The notes under the pieces: model-generated
What the model was told of the DNA's origin: nothing
The model's database searches: none
The model's input: only the letters and a program-made list of their open reading frames with translations
DNA from: Phoronis australis
Lineage: Eukaryota; Animalia; Phoronida
NCBI GenBank assembly: GCA_002633005.1
Contig: NMRA01000090.1
Span: forward strand, 854,736-918,735
Reading direction: 5' to 3'
DNA length: 64,000 bases
Program-made: the position numbers and the translations under genes
In this document: positions 38,001-53,000 of the stretch, piece after piece
How positions within the stretch are numbered: the first letter of the stretch is position 1
Layout of the letters: the number at the start of each line of letters is the position of its first letter

Positions 38001-41000
38001 CAAACACTTAAAATCTACTATTTACAGAAGTACATGGAAAATGACCTGCTGTAATTATTGAATTCAACCACAAAAGACAAAAAACAACTGACTTGAACCC
38101 ACCCACTTTTTAAGTTTCAGTAGAACTAATTGGTTGGGCACATTAAAATTATGAGTGGTTCAACCGGACATACCTTAACAAAACTACTTTGAAAGAACAC
38201 AACTGTCCCCTTCAACGGAATATGAGAGAATGGCTTTCCCCGGTTTTTCTCGCCTCTTCCATGTGGCTGTACCAGTGCGCCCTCTGTTGGTCGGTAATCG
38301 CAATGCTCTGCACCACGTTTTGAAAATGTTGCGCAATACAATTACTCATTAACATGGGCTGCGCCAGAACAGCGACACGGAAAACGCAGGAAGACACTCA
38401 GCTATTTCATCATAGTACATAGAAGTGAACAGATGTGTTCCCCACAATGTAAAGTTTTAGTAAGGTGCATCTGCTTGAACCATTCATAATTCAACGATAT
38501 ACATGGATTAAACGAATCATAATTTACGCCTGTCAGCTAATTTGTTGTGCTTACAAATCCAGTAGTAGTAGCATAACTTGACTGTCCTCTGGAACTCCAG
38601 CGGTATGTCGACAGCGAAGTCTTGGTAGAAGCACGGTCCCACGCAACAGAACTTGGGAAGGGGAGGGAAGTTGTCCTTACGCTCTGTACAGACAAAACAC
38701 GAAAATTAGCGTGCACCTTCAGGACTTTGACAATCATGAACGAGTGACTTTCACAACCAAATGCTGTAATTATGTATGAGAAAGTGAAGAGAGAAATGTG
38801 AATGTCACAAAGGTGTATATCGCGATAATTGACCTTTTCAGGGACAGCATGTGTGCTCTGGGATAGGCAGATTGCATAACTTTCGAAGATCTGTAAATTG
38901 AGATGCACGATCAAAAATGTATCAGAAGGAGAAGACAATGTCGATTATGAACTGCAGTTGCACTCAAAATTATTTCAAGTAAGGAATAGATTAGATAACA
39001 GTCTGACAATCTAAAAATAAGAATGTAGTAATCTCACGATACATAAAAACGTCAATTTGGTCTTCTCCTGATCTGTACACAGCAACTCAACAAGTTTGTT
39101 TGGACCTCAAGAAAAAAACCCAAAGGAAACGGTCTCCAATGTAAAAACTGACAAATGAACTTGAATAGAGCATGCAACAATGACCAGACCACAAATGTGC
39201 AGCTTACGAAACGAACTATGACTCGTCATAAAGGGACTTCTACGACATTAAACGATTTCATCAGCCCAGAGCAGGCAAAGGTGAAGAAATATGAGTGCTC
39301 AAAATATACATCACAGCATTGAACTGTGCCCTGACGAACACAAAGGAATGTTTAAGGAAATGGACATTTAGTCAAATATCTTAAAAACAATAGAATTTAA
39401 CTCGATAGAAGACCTATATATTTTGTAAGTTGATAGCCAGTGCAATTTGATTTTTTAATTCATAGCAAACTGCCATCAACTGGGCCACGTGTTCAGTGAA
39501 ATTTAGCAAAGGAGGGACAAATATATTTTGTTTTACATAAATATTCAACAAAATCTCAAAAATGCTATAACAAGAATTTTCTAAATCATATCATTTACAT
39601 TTCACTCAAGTTTCGAATTGCTTTGTAACAATCATATAAACATACTACTTTTATAGCTCCTCATGCATAAGTGGGAGATAACTCCTAACAGTGTTTGGAG
39701 CACAATGCGTGAAGGATCATTGTATCAGAAGCTTTCATCTTATGAATTTGATCCTTAATTAGCCAAAGTTGGACAGTTTTCTGGGTCCTACTTAACCTTA
39801 TAACCATAGGTCAGCCACTGAAAAGGTCATCAGGATGCATACCTCCCAGCCATATGAAGATTTGTCATTGCCTAACACGCATCTTAACTGATCCAGTCAC
39901 GCTAGTGACACCTACAGTCTTTTGTACACGGTCACAAGAGACTGGAGAAAGGGTCAATTTTTGACATATCCAGTGGGCATTATCATGCAAGACAATAATA
40001 CACTGACTTTCACCAAGGTAAACATGTACAGTATAAGCCAAAACTATTCAGACATAATGACCGGGAATCCCGTCATGACTGCAGGGCTGAAGTTGAATTC
40101 ATGATAAGAACAGTCTTCCCATATGACCGATAACAAGGGGATATTGGCAGAAAGGTTAGTGAGGTGTGTACGCCATTCTGCAATTAGAATTTTGATGCTC
40201 TTATAGATATTACCAGTCATTTTTACCGTTAACAAAATTATCCCTCAAGGCGAAAAACAGTATTTTGTCAGATTTCTTTTGTCTTGTACTTTACGTTCAC
40301 TACGTGAGATTCAGAAGAAAGGGGTGTGTTTCACTTTTGTCTCTTGATCAGACTTTTAAAAAGTTATGGAGAGATTTGACAAGACGTCAAGAGAATCTTG
40401 CAACACAAAAAGGAATGACAAAATTCATTTTTACGTAACAACACCATGCTTTGCTGCCATACACAAGAGCGTAGAAATCCAAAGCGTCATTCAGTTTTAC
40501 CAAAACTAAAGTGATCCCGAGCAATGACTGAAAGTACTAATCGGGAACAGCAATCATGAACAGTGTCCGCAAGCTCAATATGCGCACTCTTTTACAAAAT
40601 GACACGAGGAGTAATAAAACTTATGAACTGATGTGTGTAAATATCATCCTATTCAGTAAAGCGTGGAATATGTTGCAAGTAGGTCATCCCGTTCAATACG
40701 CCATCTTCTTGATCACATCACGTGACCTAATGAATATAAGTCCGAAAAGATTTCTGCCCCCTGATTTCTTTTCGGACTTATATTCATTAGGTCACGTGAT
40801 GTAATCAAGAAGATGGCGGATTGAATGGGATGAACTACTTGCAACTTATGAACTGATGTGGGTATTTACAGTTTTGTTATGTGGTGGTATGGTGGTGGCA
40901 CGGTGGTGGCACGGTGGTGGTACGGTGGTGGCACTGTCATGACCTCATGAAGACATTCACACAACAAGTGCTTTTGATTTAAGAAAAGCACTTGTTGCAT

Positions 41001-44000
41001 ATATACAAACCAGAAGAAGTGAATCAAGTGGAAAGCCACTGAAAAACTTCTAAGTATGGCAGTGTGCTCATGATAGTCGAAGCACTTCATTCAAACAAAA
41101 AGTTCCCGCATTGATTATCGACAGAACCACTCAAGTAAAGTTTTTTCAAAATTGAAGTAACAGCTTAAAACCTAGAAAAAATCCAGTTTTTTTGTCATAT
41201 AAACACATGTGGGAAATGAAAGCTTCTTTAGACACTTGCCCTTGCTCAGTGTGGTTTAAGAGTTAAGAATCATGGTCAGAAAAATCACAAATCGCTTCAC
41301 TAAACCTACTTGCCAGGCGTGTTTCTCAAACCAAAGCAGGTACAAAATAAGGTCAGAAAAACAAATTAATAACATGCTCAGTATGAGTCTCATGGTGATG
41401 TATGGGACACAGAGGCAGAAGAACAGAAACCATACAAACTGGCCCAACACCCTCCAAACCCGTAACCCATTATTTTGCAGATACGTGTCAGCACTTACCC
41501 ACAGATTGGAAGATCAGACTGCCTAACACAACAATGTTAAGGATAGAACATCAGAGGCCTAAGATAGCAATGTTCAAGTATTTGACCCTTTCACGAACAA
41601 GGCAGAGAAATAGTCTACAGTGCACGCCGAAATAATCAGACAAAATATCATTAACCTGTCATGACGACTAATTTGTTTACATCAAAAATGCCTCACAACA
41701 ACTCATCACAGCCACAAAATCCCATATTAGGCCAAATCGTTGGCAGACAAAAGAAATTCAATTTTCTATTTTTTCGTAAAAGATATGCAGCATCGAATAA
41801 ATGCTCAAGTTTTGTGCCAACCGCAAATATTTTGAAAAATTGTTACGCATTTACAATATTAAACGACCTTGAAAATGAACAAAATGGCTGCTACAGGGAA
41901 CGATGAGATAAATCCAGAAAACACGTATTGCACTTGTCACTAAGTTTCTATGTTTTCCCCGACAATTTAGCAAAAAAGTACTTATGGATTTCAGAAAGGT
42001 TCATGAAATATGTCAAAAATTCATAAACTTTGTAACGGGAAAGGCCAACAACAGACAAAAATAAGAATGAAACATTTGAATAAAATTAAATGAGATTTCT
42101 GGTCTTTCAAATTAAGTCTTACCGTAAACATTTGGGTTAACGCCCATGTTCACTTAACTGCCCATCCCCAACTTTAGGTGGATTTTCGATTTAAGCGCCC
42201 ACTGCTCCGTTAATCGCCCCCCCCCCTATGATTTTTGAAGACCAGTTAAGCGCCCACCTGTCGGTTAAGCGCCCATCCCCGACTTATAAAGATTGAAGAT
42301 TTAGCGTGCTAAGGAAGCACGCGATTACATAGCTGAAGATCGACAACGACAATGAGTGCAACGACGGCCTCCGAGAGAGCGGTTTGACAATGTGAATTGT
42401 AAAACAAGTAACGAATTATTGTCCCGGGTCATGGACTTACTTTAAAATACAACACTTGTCATGTTACTTTCTTCCGATGTTCAAAAAGTTTGAGAACCCA
42501 ACCGGCTTCAATACCTATGCTTTCTGCGATGTTGTCTAACGCTTAGTTTCCTTCTGCACTGCATGTGATAAAACATATATTCAAAAAAAAAATCAGGCCA
42601 GAGAATTGATAGTGCTTTTTCCAACCAATTTGCTTTAGGTGGGAGGCTCTTGTATTTTGAATAATTCCCATAACTCACGGAAAGATGTCAAATTCTCTTT
42701 ATGTTGATGAATGCAATTGCCGTATTATAGAGGATGTGTGGCGACCGAATGGACAGTGTGCCTGACTGAGTTAACGAGTTGTTGCCTTTTGATTTTTGAA
42801 TTCAAAGACTGGCAATATGTTACTGGATGTTTGTGTATCATCTTTAGTAATAAAAAAACTGCTAGTCAAATTTAGTTAGTTGTTGCATCTCTCTCAAATA
42901 CCAGCGTTAGCAGATTTCACTAATGTCACAGGCGGTTCTTTATAATACGATTTATTGCGACAGCCTCCGCCTAGGCGACTGGGTGACTTATCGGTTCCAC
43001 CTACATTTTTAGCCATCCCAAATAATTTTGTTTCTACATTGGCCAGATTCAATCTGAATGAAATTCTTACCATTCGAGTCTGAAAAAACTAGACTGACTG
43101 CCGGCGATAGAGGAGGTGCACGCAACTGGAGCTAAGGGCATAGAATCTCGGGCTTGGGGAACGTTGAGGCGGGAAATATGGGAACAGACAGTTTAGGGAA
43201 CATCAGAACAGAAGAATATCGTAAAGCACTGGGTCTTTTATAACAACAGTTTATAAGTACACAGTCACACCGGTATATTCTTTTACATAGGACTGTCGCT
43301 GTTCTCTTTTGATGTGCGACCTTGAAGTCGGGTGCACACGCGTAAGTTCCACCACTCTAGAGTGCATGTTAAATTGACATCAAGACACGTGACAGATGAC
43401 TACTACAAACGCGCGTGCTGAATCCCGCCGCTGTCTTTGCCATAAAAACGAGATGCATATTGAAAGAGGTCGTTATATTACTTGACGGCATTTCCAAGTC
43501 ACGACTGTCAGCCAGAACACTGTGCCCAAACAGCGGGATCGACCAATGCCGCAGTTCGATATTGTATAATAGGATAATCTGGACATCTTGCATGTAAAAT
43601 AAATGTATTTTTCCACCACAAAGTTTCATTAGTTGATCGTTTAAGAATGAATAGAAACTTCGCTGTTTTGTGACGTTTTATCACATGTTTATGGCGTATT
43701 TCGAAAGTTTCTTCGGTGTATCCGAAAAATTGCAAAAGTAGCCAAAACGTTAGCCACTAAAACGCGTCAGAATTTCTCAATTATATGTTCAAGTGACATA
43801 TTTAGAAGTCAATCAAAGGACTGTTTGTTCTCTACAACAGTTCAGCTCAATTTGGCAACAACCAAATAACGGCCGGATTCACAAGAATTGCGTTATGTTT
43901 GCCAGGTATCTACTTTCCACCAAAATATCGGCTCATGCACATTGGAAGTTCAAGGTCGCACATTGAGACTAGATACAAGATGACCAATGAGACAAGCAGT

Positions 44001-47000
44001 TCATTATATATGCCGAGCTTGGAGTCCTGGAGGCAATAACACTGACTTGGTAAATGTTTATTGACGACTGGGTCATGTCCCGCTTACTCCCGATTCTTGT
44101 CTGTGCGTAGCATGTTTCACATAACGGGAAGTGAGCAGTGCTATGCGGTCGAAATAAAAGAGCTAGCCACAGAACTATGCGTTGAAAATGTCACTGAGTC
44201 TCGAACATAAACATCACAATCACAAAAAACACCTGAATTAGTTTTTCAAAATTTTATACAACTAATTTTAAAACTGCTCTCTGAATTGGAAGTTGACAGC
44301 TAGCACTAACTAATGAGCTGTAAAAATTTGATGTCTGTCCTGACATCTACAACACAAGAAGTTTACACACGCGCACTTCTGAAGGCGTCACTGCGTGAGA
44401 AGTGGAGTGCTATGTGGTCAATGATCATCTGCGCACTGCACTAGCTCTAGCAAAGTAACAAGACCAGAGGACAGCACGGGGATATTACTGAGCAATTTTG
44501 TAAATTTAATTGTGAATGACTAATCTGAGGGTAACAGATCCTTTGTTGGGATCGTCCGCTGAGATGACATTTTTACAGTCATTTGGCAGCATGACGACAA
44601 AGCTCTTTGAAAATTGCTACGCGTTCCGAGTACGTGCGCATGAGGGGACTCGGCCCACGCAGTAAGATTAACCACCCAGGGTGGTTGTCTGTCGTAATAA
44701 GTGCCCATGTTCGGTTAACCGCCCACCGACGATTTCTGGAAATTTCACGTTTAAGCACCCATATCTAGTTAACCGCCCACCCCAAAAATTTTTGGGATCC
44801 TCAATTTAACTGCCCAGGGTGTTAACCCAAACGTTTACGGTAATTTGAAAACTGGTTAAAACAAGACTACTACACGTTGAATGCAAAGGTTGGCCACTGG
44901 ATTGTACAGGACAACGAACAATGCATGCCATGACTAATCGGACAAAATACCACATCCCGCCATAATGGGTAATTCCAATAATATAAAAAATAGTCGCAGA
45001 GGCGGCCTGGTGAGACAATTGCACTGATCACCTGGGAACCATTTTTGTCCTCATAAATACATAGTTGAGGACCTGGAGACCCGACTCGAGGATTTAGCAG
45101 TGTGTCCTCGTAGGATTCGAACCCATGACCTTGAGTGAAGGCAGCAGACACATCTCCCATTAGGCCACACTGCCTCCTCTACAGGTCATTGTAGGTTCTG
45201 CCATGGTCACTCTCACTTGCATTCAGCCATCGTCTGTAAAAATGTGCTGCTGGCACTCAGCTGTCATGATACCATAATTCCGGGTCATTTTTGCCAATTA
45301 TCCTTGGCGTGTACTGTATGACCAACTAAAAGTTTCTTCTAGAACAAGCTGCATGCAGAACCACGGTTCAACGAACAATGTTAAGAAAAATTTAAAATAT
45401 CTCTAGGGGTAGTGTCCAACCTCCTCAACTTTCAACATAAAACTTTCCACCTGTCGGGCAGGTACCTCTGGTCGACCACTTGGAACTTCACTACACCAAG
45501 TATCATGACAGTAAAACTTACTGAGACACATCAAAGAAGAAACTCATAACACCACACGCTTAATTGGACCGACTTCTTGCAACGGACAACTGATATAAGC
45601 TGTATTCAGATCACCACAAGCCCAAGCAAAAGTTGCTCAGGAACAAGATGATAAAGGGCAAATGACAATTCGCATAAATATTAAGTAGACGGATGGCCAA
45701 AGCTGACACCATTCCACCTTTACAATACTAACCTCTGAACTCTGCTGCTCTCATTTCCTGTTCTTTTCTCTGCAGCTCAGCAGCCTTGCGTTCCAGTTCC
45801 TAGTAATGACAACAACAAACCAAGTAACGAAAGCACTCCAGAGAGCAAAACTGAATGAAAAGACATTCACAATCACAATGAAAACGAGAGTGATAGCAAG
45901 GCAGGAAGGGAGGTGATGAGAAAGTCAACGATGACTGTGGCGATGATGACACAAACTTGAGAAAAAAAAACAGCAGGAACCCATGAATTCAGTACTTTCA
46001 ATTGGGACTTAAATGCCAGATTTTAAGATAACTGTTGTTGTTTCTATTTGGACCCGATCTTCATTGGACCTATGAAACTGTATTAAGTGACCTTGCATAC
46101 ATACACCTTGACGGCGATACTTCAGACCTTGAGAAAAGCAGCAGGTCTCAAATAGAAACATGATACTGAACAGTGCAAGAATCTTAGAAGACGTGATCAC
46201 AAAATATGAAACACCAGTACTGAACAGGCAAGACCCAGCACTGAACACGCAAGACCCAGCACTGACAGGCAAGACCCAGCACTGAACAGGCAAGACCCAG
46301 CACCGAACAGGCAAGACCCAGCAATGAACAGGCAAGACCCAGGGCAATTTCATAAATAACATGTGCTTTTATTTCTTTATCTTTGCCCATGACAACGAGC
46401 AATCATCTTTAAAAAAAACTGAAATAAAAAAACCCAAATGTGACTGCATGTGTTATGTGTCTATGTCTAAGATCAGACACTTGCCCAGTCAAAAGGTTTT
46501 ATTATGGGAACTCAAAATTATAGTGCAATAAATTACTCATTGTCTCCCGAAGTCATGCTAAAAACAAAATACAATGCAAGCTTACATACAAGGGGACCAG
46601 TTTGACTGTTTCAACCAACTACAATCAGTTTTCTTCAGCGACTGAGGCCTCCGCGGCACTTGTGTTCTTAATAGAAGTAACTGAGCTTGCAAACAATTTT
46701 AACAAAGTGAAGATTTTATATAATACATCTTGCCAGATTATCACCAAATTCTAAACGCTGATTATGACAGAAAGACAACTAAATTTTCAAAACTTTGTAT
46801 CCTTGATCCTACTGACCTCTTGTCGCCTCTGTAAATCGTCTGTGTTGATCGCAGGCTGTGCCGCTGATGAGGTGTAGGCAGGTGGCGCTTCTGTGGGCTG
46901 CATGACGGCCGGCTGTGAAGGTTCGTTGGGCCGTGGGGGCGGCGGCAACCGCACCTGCTGCTGTGGGGTCGGCTGAGCCTGAACACGTGACATGACATTA

Positions 47001-50000
47001 TATGGTCAGTCGCATAACAAGGTGAGGGGCAAAGATGGAAATAAAAAGTTAAGTGTGTTTCAAAAACACTCATTAAAAGTCGCATAATGTACCGAGAATC
47101 ACCTTTTGAAACACCCTGTACTTCTCAACAAATCTGTCTCCAATCACTGATGACGCACATTCAAAATGAACTTTTAAAAGTAAATGATTAATAAAACACG
47201 TGTATGTGCAGTATTTTTTTTTTTAAATCATGTTAGCTTTAAAAATAAAATACATCAGAAGGAGAGAACTTTTCTGTAAAATTTCTCTCAACAATAGATT
47301 CAAGAATATACATTTAATTCGTTTTTAGCATAGCTTGCAACGAATTACTGTCATCAACCAACATTAGCAAACTTTTAAGAATTACAGCAAATGCAGATCT
47401 TTGAAACAGAAATGCAAATTGGCAATAGGCGAGTTCATTATAGTTACTAACAGGCACTTTGTTGGACTCTTCAAATGGGTTGTAGTCATTGAGATTTTGT
47501 TGACCTCTGCCAGTCGCTTGTTGTACCGAAGGGTCCTGAAACAATTGTTCAAATTGGATTGATACAGGAGTGTCTAAATCTTGAGAAACACACACAAAAT
47601 TCATCAAGTTAAACTGGTGCTTTACACATAAAATTCACCAAATTATACCAATGTTTTATATTTACCAAGCTATACCGATGCTTTACACATAAAATTCACC
47701 AAGCTATAACGATGCTTTACACATAAAGTTCACCAAGCTATAACAGTGCTTGACAAGTATTAAATTCACCAAGTTACACAGATGCTTTAGGTATATAATT
47801 CTACTGCTAACTTGTTCCTTACTCATATTAGAGACAATTCCAGAGTTTGAGAAGAACTGAATAGAACTGTTATTGTTTAAGATTAGACTAGTTATGTTAG
47901 CTAACCACCGTGTGTCACTTTATGCGACCAATTTCCGGTTCTTCCATAGCCTGAAAATTCCTCCTCATAAGTAAGCAGTCTGGGATCAACAAAATAAGGA
48001 TGAGTGAACTAAATCAAAAACTTTTCTAAGGCGCGTTTATAGCTGCTTCAAGTATTTACTTGGCGAAATGAAATTTCTCCAAGTCTGTTGCTTTGTTGTA
48101 AAACATCATTGCTTGTTTGTTCGATGCTGTTTGTTTCTTTGTTAATGCTACAGGTGGCATTTTGTAAACTTTTTGTTCATTAAACTATGTAGGACTAAAG
48201 CATTTTGTCAGTACATTTCAGTCAAATGCAATGTAAGACACCCCTGCAACTCTCATCTGAAACCAGATCAAAATACCCAAAAGTGCAGTTTTACAAAGTG
48301 AAGTGGGATTACCATACTCAATCTTTGAGTGTTTGTCTACAAGTTTATCACACTCAAGAAGGATACTAAGTCAAGAAGTAAACATTAGGCTGATACATGA
48401 TGCTGCCTTCCTATCCCTAATATCCTCAATAGCTAACCAAACGCTCAGCAAATATCAATCAGTGCACACTTCCACCAGCCTACACATATGAATTGCAAGT
48501 ACACAAGAACCAGACCCGTCTAGCAAGTCTGAAAAAGGCAGGTGACCAACTTGACTGTTACTTCATGACTCATTCATAATCCTCATTAAGCAAAGTACCC
48601 ACAACTAAGTGTTTCCCATGAAAAAAAGTACTTGGCATTGTAGGCATGATGAGCCTGACCTGGCTTAGTATTAGTGGGACATCAAAAGAGGTTGACCTAA
48701 GAAAGCAGGTCATGTACACCAACTTGTGCACTTCAATCTGGTGAATTCACCACAATGGTCAATCAAAGATGCACTCAGGTGAACGGTGATGAAAGACTGT
48801 GATTACTGTAGCAGTGCTAATTTATCATGTCCACTGGGCTCTATAAACAGTTTGTTTTAGTACAACTAGCCACCTACTATCCTATCTCAGTGTTCGGACA
48901 ACCGTAGATGAAAATGTGCGCTCGAAAATACAAGTGGCAGCATTATTGGCAAAATAGGAAGTCACATTTTCAGGATGTTAAGCAGTGCTGACCATCACAT
49001 AGTATTATGGGATGGGCAACCCCAGCTTCTCACGACCTTCACCAGACTCAAAATTCAGAGAGTAAATTCCATTCACTTCCTGATTAATAGCACTTTCATA
49101 CTGACTTAACTCCGTTCTGAGCAAAGTGTCGACAGAAGATACAAAAATAACTGAAGTGTTCATAATGGCTTCAGTAGTTAATGGAAATGAAAGTAAATGG
49201 TAAGTGACACTGTTGTCATCGAAGTAATCACAAGGTAGCGCTGATGTATCACGTGCATGATAATGTGACAATTCGGGAACATTTACATGTGCTGATTGAA
49301 AAACCAATTTCTAATTGGATTGCTGATTAAGCAAAACATAAGCAACAATTAGCGATGACACTGCCCTTTAATTTTTGACGATAAAAGTGGCCCCTAGCAA
49401 TAAGTTTGATGGGACCGAAGTTGACAGTTCATACTGCACCGCAGCATTGACGCTCCCCTGTTAAATCCACCTGTTTACTGCAAAGTTAAGCAGCACTGTT
49501 AACTTGGATCCAGGAACGCAACTACCCCAAAACATCGACACATCGACGTTAGTATGAAAGGCACTTTAAACTCTACCAAGCACCACCATAAATTGTGTGC
49601 TTGTGACATGACCCACATGCCAATTAAAATCTCATCAATTTCGGACAAATACAATTGTCGAAATTAACTTTATTTACATTTTCAATGGCTTTTGAGTTAA
49701 AATTGTTGCAAATGTTGCCAATTTCTCAAAATGTAGAAGTCCTGGTATTTACCTGGACCTTTAAAAAGATAAAATATTTAATCGTTGCTACAGATCCTTC
49801 GTGAAAAAATGACAAAAAAACAACATTTCACTAGTCCACCAGTGTATCCTAAATTTGTGTAATTTTACTGCAGTGTAGCTTAGGATGAACACAAAAAGAA
49901 CTGAATTTGAAAAATCTGACTCCGATACACTGAAAACAGCACTCATTGTGTACTCTTAAGTAATAAGAGACGGTGTTTGCATAGATGTGCAGTTACAAGA

Positions 50001-53000
50001 CACAGCCCATTTGTGTTTCGAAGCCCGTGACAACAGCAACCTGGCCACCCAAAAATTAAAATTTAAAAACACACCCCTTATGAAAATGAAGCAGAGCCCT
50101 ATGAATAGATTGACAATTTACATCAATCAGCTGTGCACTTCAAAGGCACAGGTGCCCTTAGGCTTGACAATACTAATTAACATTATGCAGGTGGGAGTCA
50201 CCTAAAAGGTTATTTATACACGTTCTGCAACTTACTGCAGCTACCACAGCTCATCAATTTCAGTGACAGAACGGCCCGACTGAAATTTCCGGAAAAGACT
50301 TAGCGGTGCTCACCCGAAAATCCCATCGTGACAATGTTCATTTTTTAGAAATTGAGGCACTCACAACAAAGCTGGAAACCATTGAAAGTGCACAATAAAA
50401 AATGGCCAATTTTGACAAAAGACAAGACCTTGCTGAGATAGACTAGATGGGTTTTCCTTATATGTCCATAAGCCAGATGATATCCTGTGTACATAACCAT
50501 TCCACACACGGAGTGTTGTTGGAGAGTCTGGCAATGGCTTAAGAATCAGCTCAGCAAGCCAAGCTCAAAACAGGTCGAAGACACACACACACACACACAA
50601 GAGCTCTAAATATTGATTTTGTGTTTAAATTGTTAGTGACTCACTGGCTAGATGGAAAAGCTGATAGCCGAGGACACCGAGGCTGAGTAAAACACAGACA
50701 AATTCAAAATGCAAGCATTACAATTTCGGAGTGAGATTGTCAATTGTACCATAACCGCCTTCAAAAATTTGTCTTGCTCAATAAAGTTGATTGTTAATAA
50801 TAAAATGTAGACCTTGAGCCATCCAGGTATGTTCATGACATTAAAGTTAAACTAGGTTTGCTGGAATATCTTTTTGGTTTCCTAGATGTTTGGAGACCTC
50901 TCGTCTCCCTCGATAGGATGTTGACAGTTTCGAGACCCAACGCCACCAAAATCTCCATGACTCATCACTGTTTTGAGATCCTACGTGACCAGAATCTCTG
51001 CGACTCCATCACAGTCAACATCCCATCGAAGGAGAGGAGATATCTAGGAAATCAAAAAGGTAACAAAGCAGACCAGTTTTAACTTTAATATCACGGTTGA
51101 TTTATGATGCTCAGGTTTTGTTTCAACATACTGTCAGTGATAGATAATTGTGGTGATTATTGCCTGTAAACACACTAATTATAAATTGGGCATGCAACTT
51201 TCAACCCCAGCATATATTTTCGGATGGGCTTTAAAGTACAGAATAAAGTTATGTTTTTCTCCCACATGGTTGCGTACATGTCATAACAAATCAGAATTGG
51301 CTTCACTTTATTGTAAGTTTTTAATATATCAATACCACCAAAACAAATTTCAGAATTTTTTTTCAGCGAAGCCGTCATCATCTCCCCAACGATGTTGCAA
51401 AAAAAATGAGCACATGGCGCATGAGCGTGTCACGAATTTACTGCTTACTAAGCCATGACAAACTTTTCTTTGTTATAAAAGCAGGGCTCTCTCTCACCTG
51501 AAGAGTAAGGCGCATGTACCCTCGAAAAGGGTGATTTTAGCAGCACTTTTAATAAGAGGGTAATTTTTGCATTATTTTCTACCTAGAGTGAAATTCTTGA
51601 GATGCTTATTTACTGCATAGCTTTTTAATTTTATACTTTCACAAATACGCAGGTATCAATTTGAAGTTAAACGATAAAAACGCGATGTTTTTCCATTGTC
51701 ACACTGGTTGGCTCATGAAGCCAACACCAAGACAATGGTTCATTTTTGCACAAGCACAGAAAAACACAGTTGTAAGGAACATCCATCGAGGAAAAAAATT
51801 TCAAAACTAGCTACTAAATATGCCAGTACCTTAATGTGAGTGAAGGAATGTTTGTAAGGAACAGGCCCCCATCTTGTGCCACAGAGCCCACTCAATACTG
51901 GCACAATAAAGGCAAAAGCTAAACAACGTTTTTTTCTCACAACAATATATATAGTGTCACACATCCTTTCAGTCCTTCTTCCACCTCAGTGAATAGACAA
52001 GAAGAGCAATGCTTAACTGTTCTTCTGATGGAGTTGTTGACCGCAGAGAACGATCCAGCTTAAACGTGGTCTGTTTGAGACAACTTCTGAGTGGAATGCA
52101 TAGCAAGTTCATCAGCGAAAAGACAATTACCTGTATGCTTCTATGTTCCGCCAAAGGGCTTTTCAGTTATAATCTTGTAAAGCTTGTTTTTATGCTAATT
52201 TGAGCAGCAGACCAACGAAAGTTTTCTTTTAGTTTTGTGTTATAATAGACGGAGGTGTTGAAATTATCCAATGACGTAACTGGTTTCACACGCAGTCTGT
52301 TCAGCAGTTCACAATACAGGTAATTGGTGTCAGCTTATCGCTTGAATTCATCGTTTAACACCAATAAATCATCAAACTTCGATGTAAAACCCTTAAAAAT
52401 ACACCGAGTTCTTATAAAAACGTGTTGTTTTATTTCGCGGTTACGGATTTAATGGTATTTGGACACACCGTAGCCTCCAAAGTTCGGCAGGCCAATAAGG
52501 TCCGTAGCAGGAGTTTAGGGACTGTTCGAAGTATTTTCCGTGAGATACAGACAGGATAACCCAGATCTGTGTTGTTTAGACTTGTTATTTTTTTAGTTCT
52601 AAACACACAAAACAGCTTGTTATCCTACCCAGTGGCTCGGAGCAGGATCAGGACCGTCGCGGCCAGCCGGATTGACTCGTTATCCCGGCCAGTGGCTTGG
52701 AAACTGAACAGACATCACGAAAATAAACCAGCCAAAGTTGGAAACTAAACTTCCAGTCAAGAAAATACTATACTAGTGAGCCAAAGTAATGCACACGTGA
52801 TTATGTTGGTGAATTACCCACGAAACTGCAAATCTACTTACTCGTCAGAAGCCGCGAATTAAGGTTCCGCTTTGACCACAGCACCGTCAGGGCAGAAGTT
52901 GCACATTGACAATCATTATTTTAATAATGTAAATGTAAATAAAGACTCCCTAACACCAGGCCGGGGGGTGGAAATCGACTGAGTTGTTTCACAACAGTTT

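Noticed and set aside
45060-45180. Possible functional tRNA genes (also 15240-15325 and 19160-19243)
   Set aside because: A and B boxes are present but acceptor and anticodon stems do not pair; treated as SINE heads.
46009-46402. ORFs with CWVLPV / LGLACSV repeats
   Set aside because: Translations of the 21-bp intronic minisatellite.
49005-49307. 100-aa minus-strand ORF in SCAMP intron 1 as an alternative exon
   Set aside because: No convincing phase-0 splice pair and no recognisable homology.
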